DNA of 64,000 bases from Octopus bimaculoides (lineage: Eukaryota). The notes under the pieces were generated by a model. The model ran no database searches, was not told where the DNA came from, and saw only the letters and a program-made list of their open reading frames with translations. The DNA lies in contig NC_069006.1 in assembly GCF_001194135.2 (NCBI RefSeq), positions 22,728,267 to 22,792,266 of the forward strand. The letters run 5' to 3'. A program made the position numbers and the translations under genes. Of this stretch, positions 63,790 through 64,000 are shown piece after piece (within the stretch, counting starts at the first letter, position 1; each line of letters begins with the position of its first letter).

Positions 63790-63940
63790 ATGCTGCTGTG
63801 AATCATCATGACACAAGCAACTCTTTTTCAAATTTTATATGGCTTCCAGTCCTCCATGTCAGATAACGTTTTCAACAACTTCAATCTTTATGTTCTCCAA
63901 TGCCAATAACTGTTCAGCAATACATCAAGCTGTTCCTGAA
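63790..63940 (-). mobile_element. RTE LINE remnant
   Basis: Degenerate LENIKIEVVEN region resembling the post-RT segment seen at 62365-62450; stops in all frames. Confidence 0.45.
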
Positions 63941-64000
63941 AAAAAAGGACACATGAAAAATCATCAAATTTAGCCCGAATACCCTGTATGCATTCCCACC

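Overview
Eukaryotic, AT-rich, repeat-dense genomic DNA with N gaps. The SINE families and microsatellite load point to a coleoid cephalopod, most likely Octopus (inference). Two protein-coding genes converge tail-to-tail. (1) On the + strand is a complete five-coding-exon D-glucuronyl C5-epimerase (GLCE, heparan sulfate biosynthesis; ATG 33574 to TAA 50514, 580 aa, all splice phases consistent). (2) On the - strand are the last ten coding exons of a CFAP74-like ciliary ASH/Hydin-domain protein (63542 down to stop at 57452, 359 aa; the 5' part lies beyond the window). Most of these CFAP74 exons are not visible in the ORF track and were reconstructed by hand. I found no identifiable coding gene in the first 33 kb. 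That region is probably the GLCE 5' intron/upstream region, filled with tRNA-derived SINEs, RTE LINE fragments, fossil Tc1/mariner transposases, piggyBac- and hAT-type MITEs and microsatellites. No CRISPR array, rRNA or intact tRNA was found, and I see no convincing new multi-gene system. The best second-look items are RNA-level: a 108-nt near-perfect hairpin, degenerate Penelope-type hammerhead ribozyme motifs, a possible exonised antisense LINE in CFAP74, a possible uORF overlapping the GLCE start codon, and inverted SINEs flanking a frame-symmetric GLCE exon.
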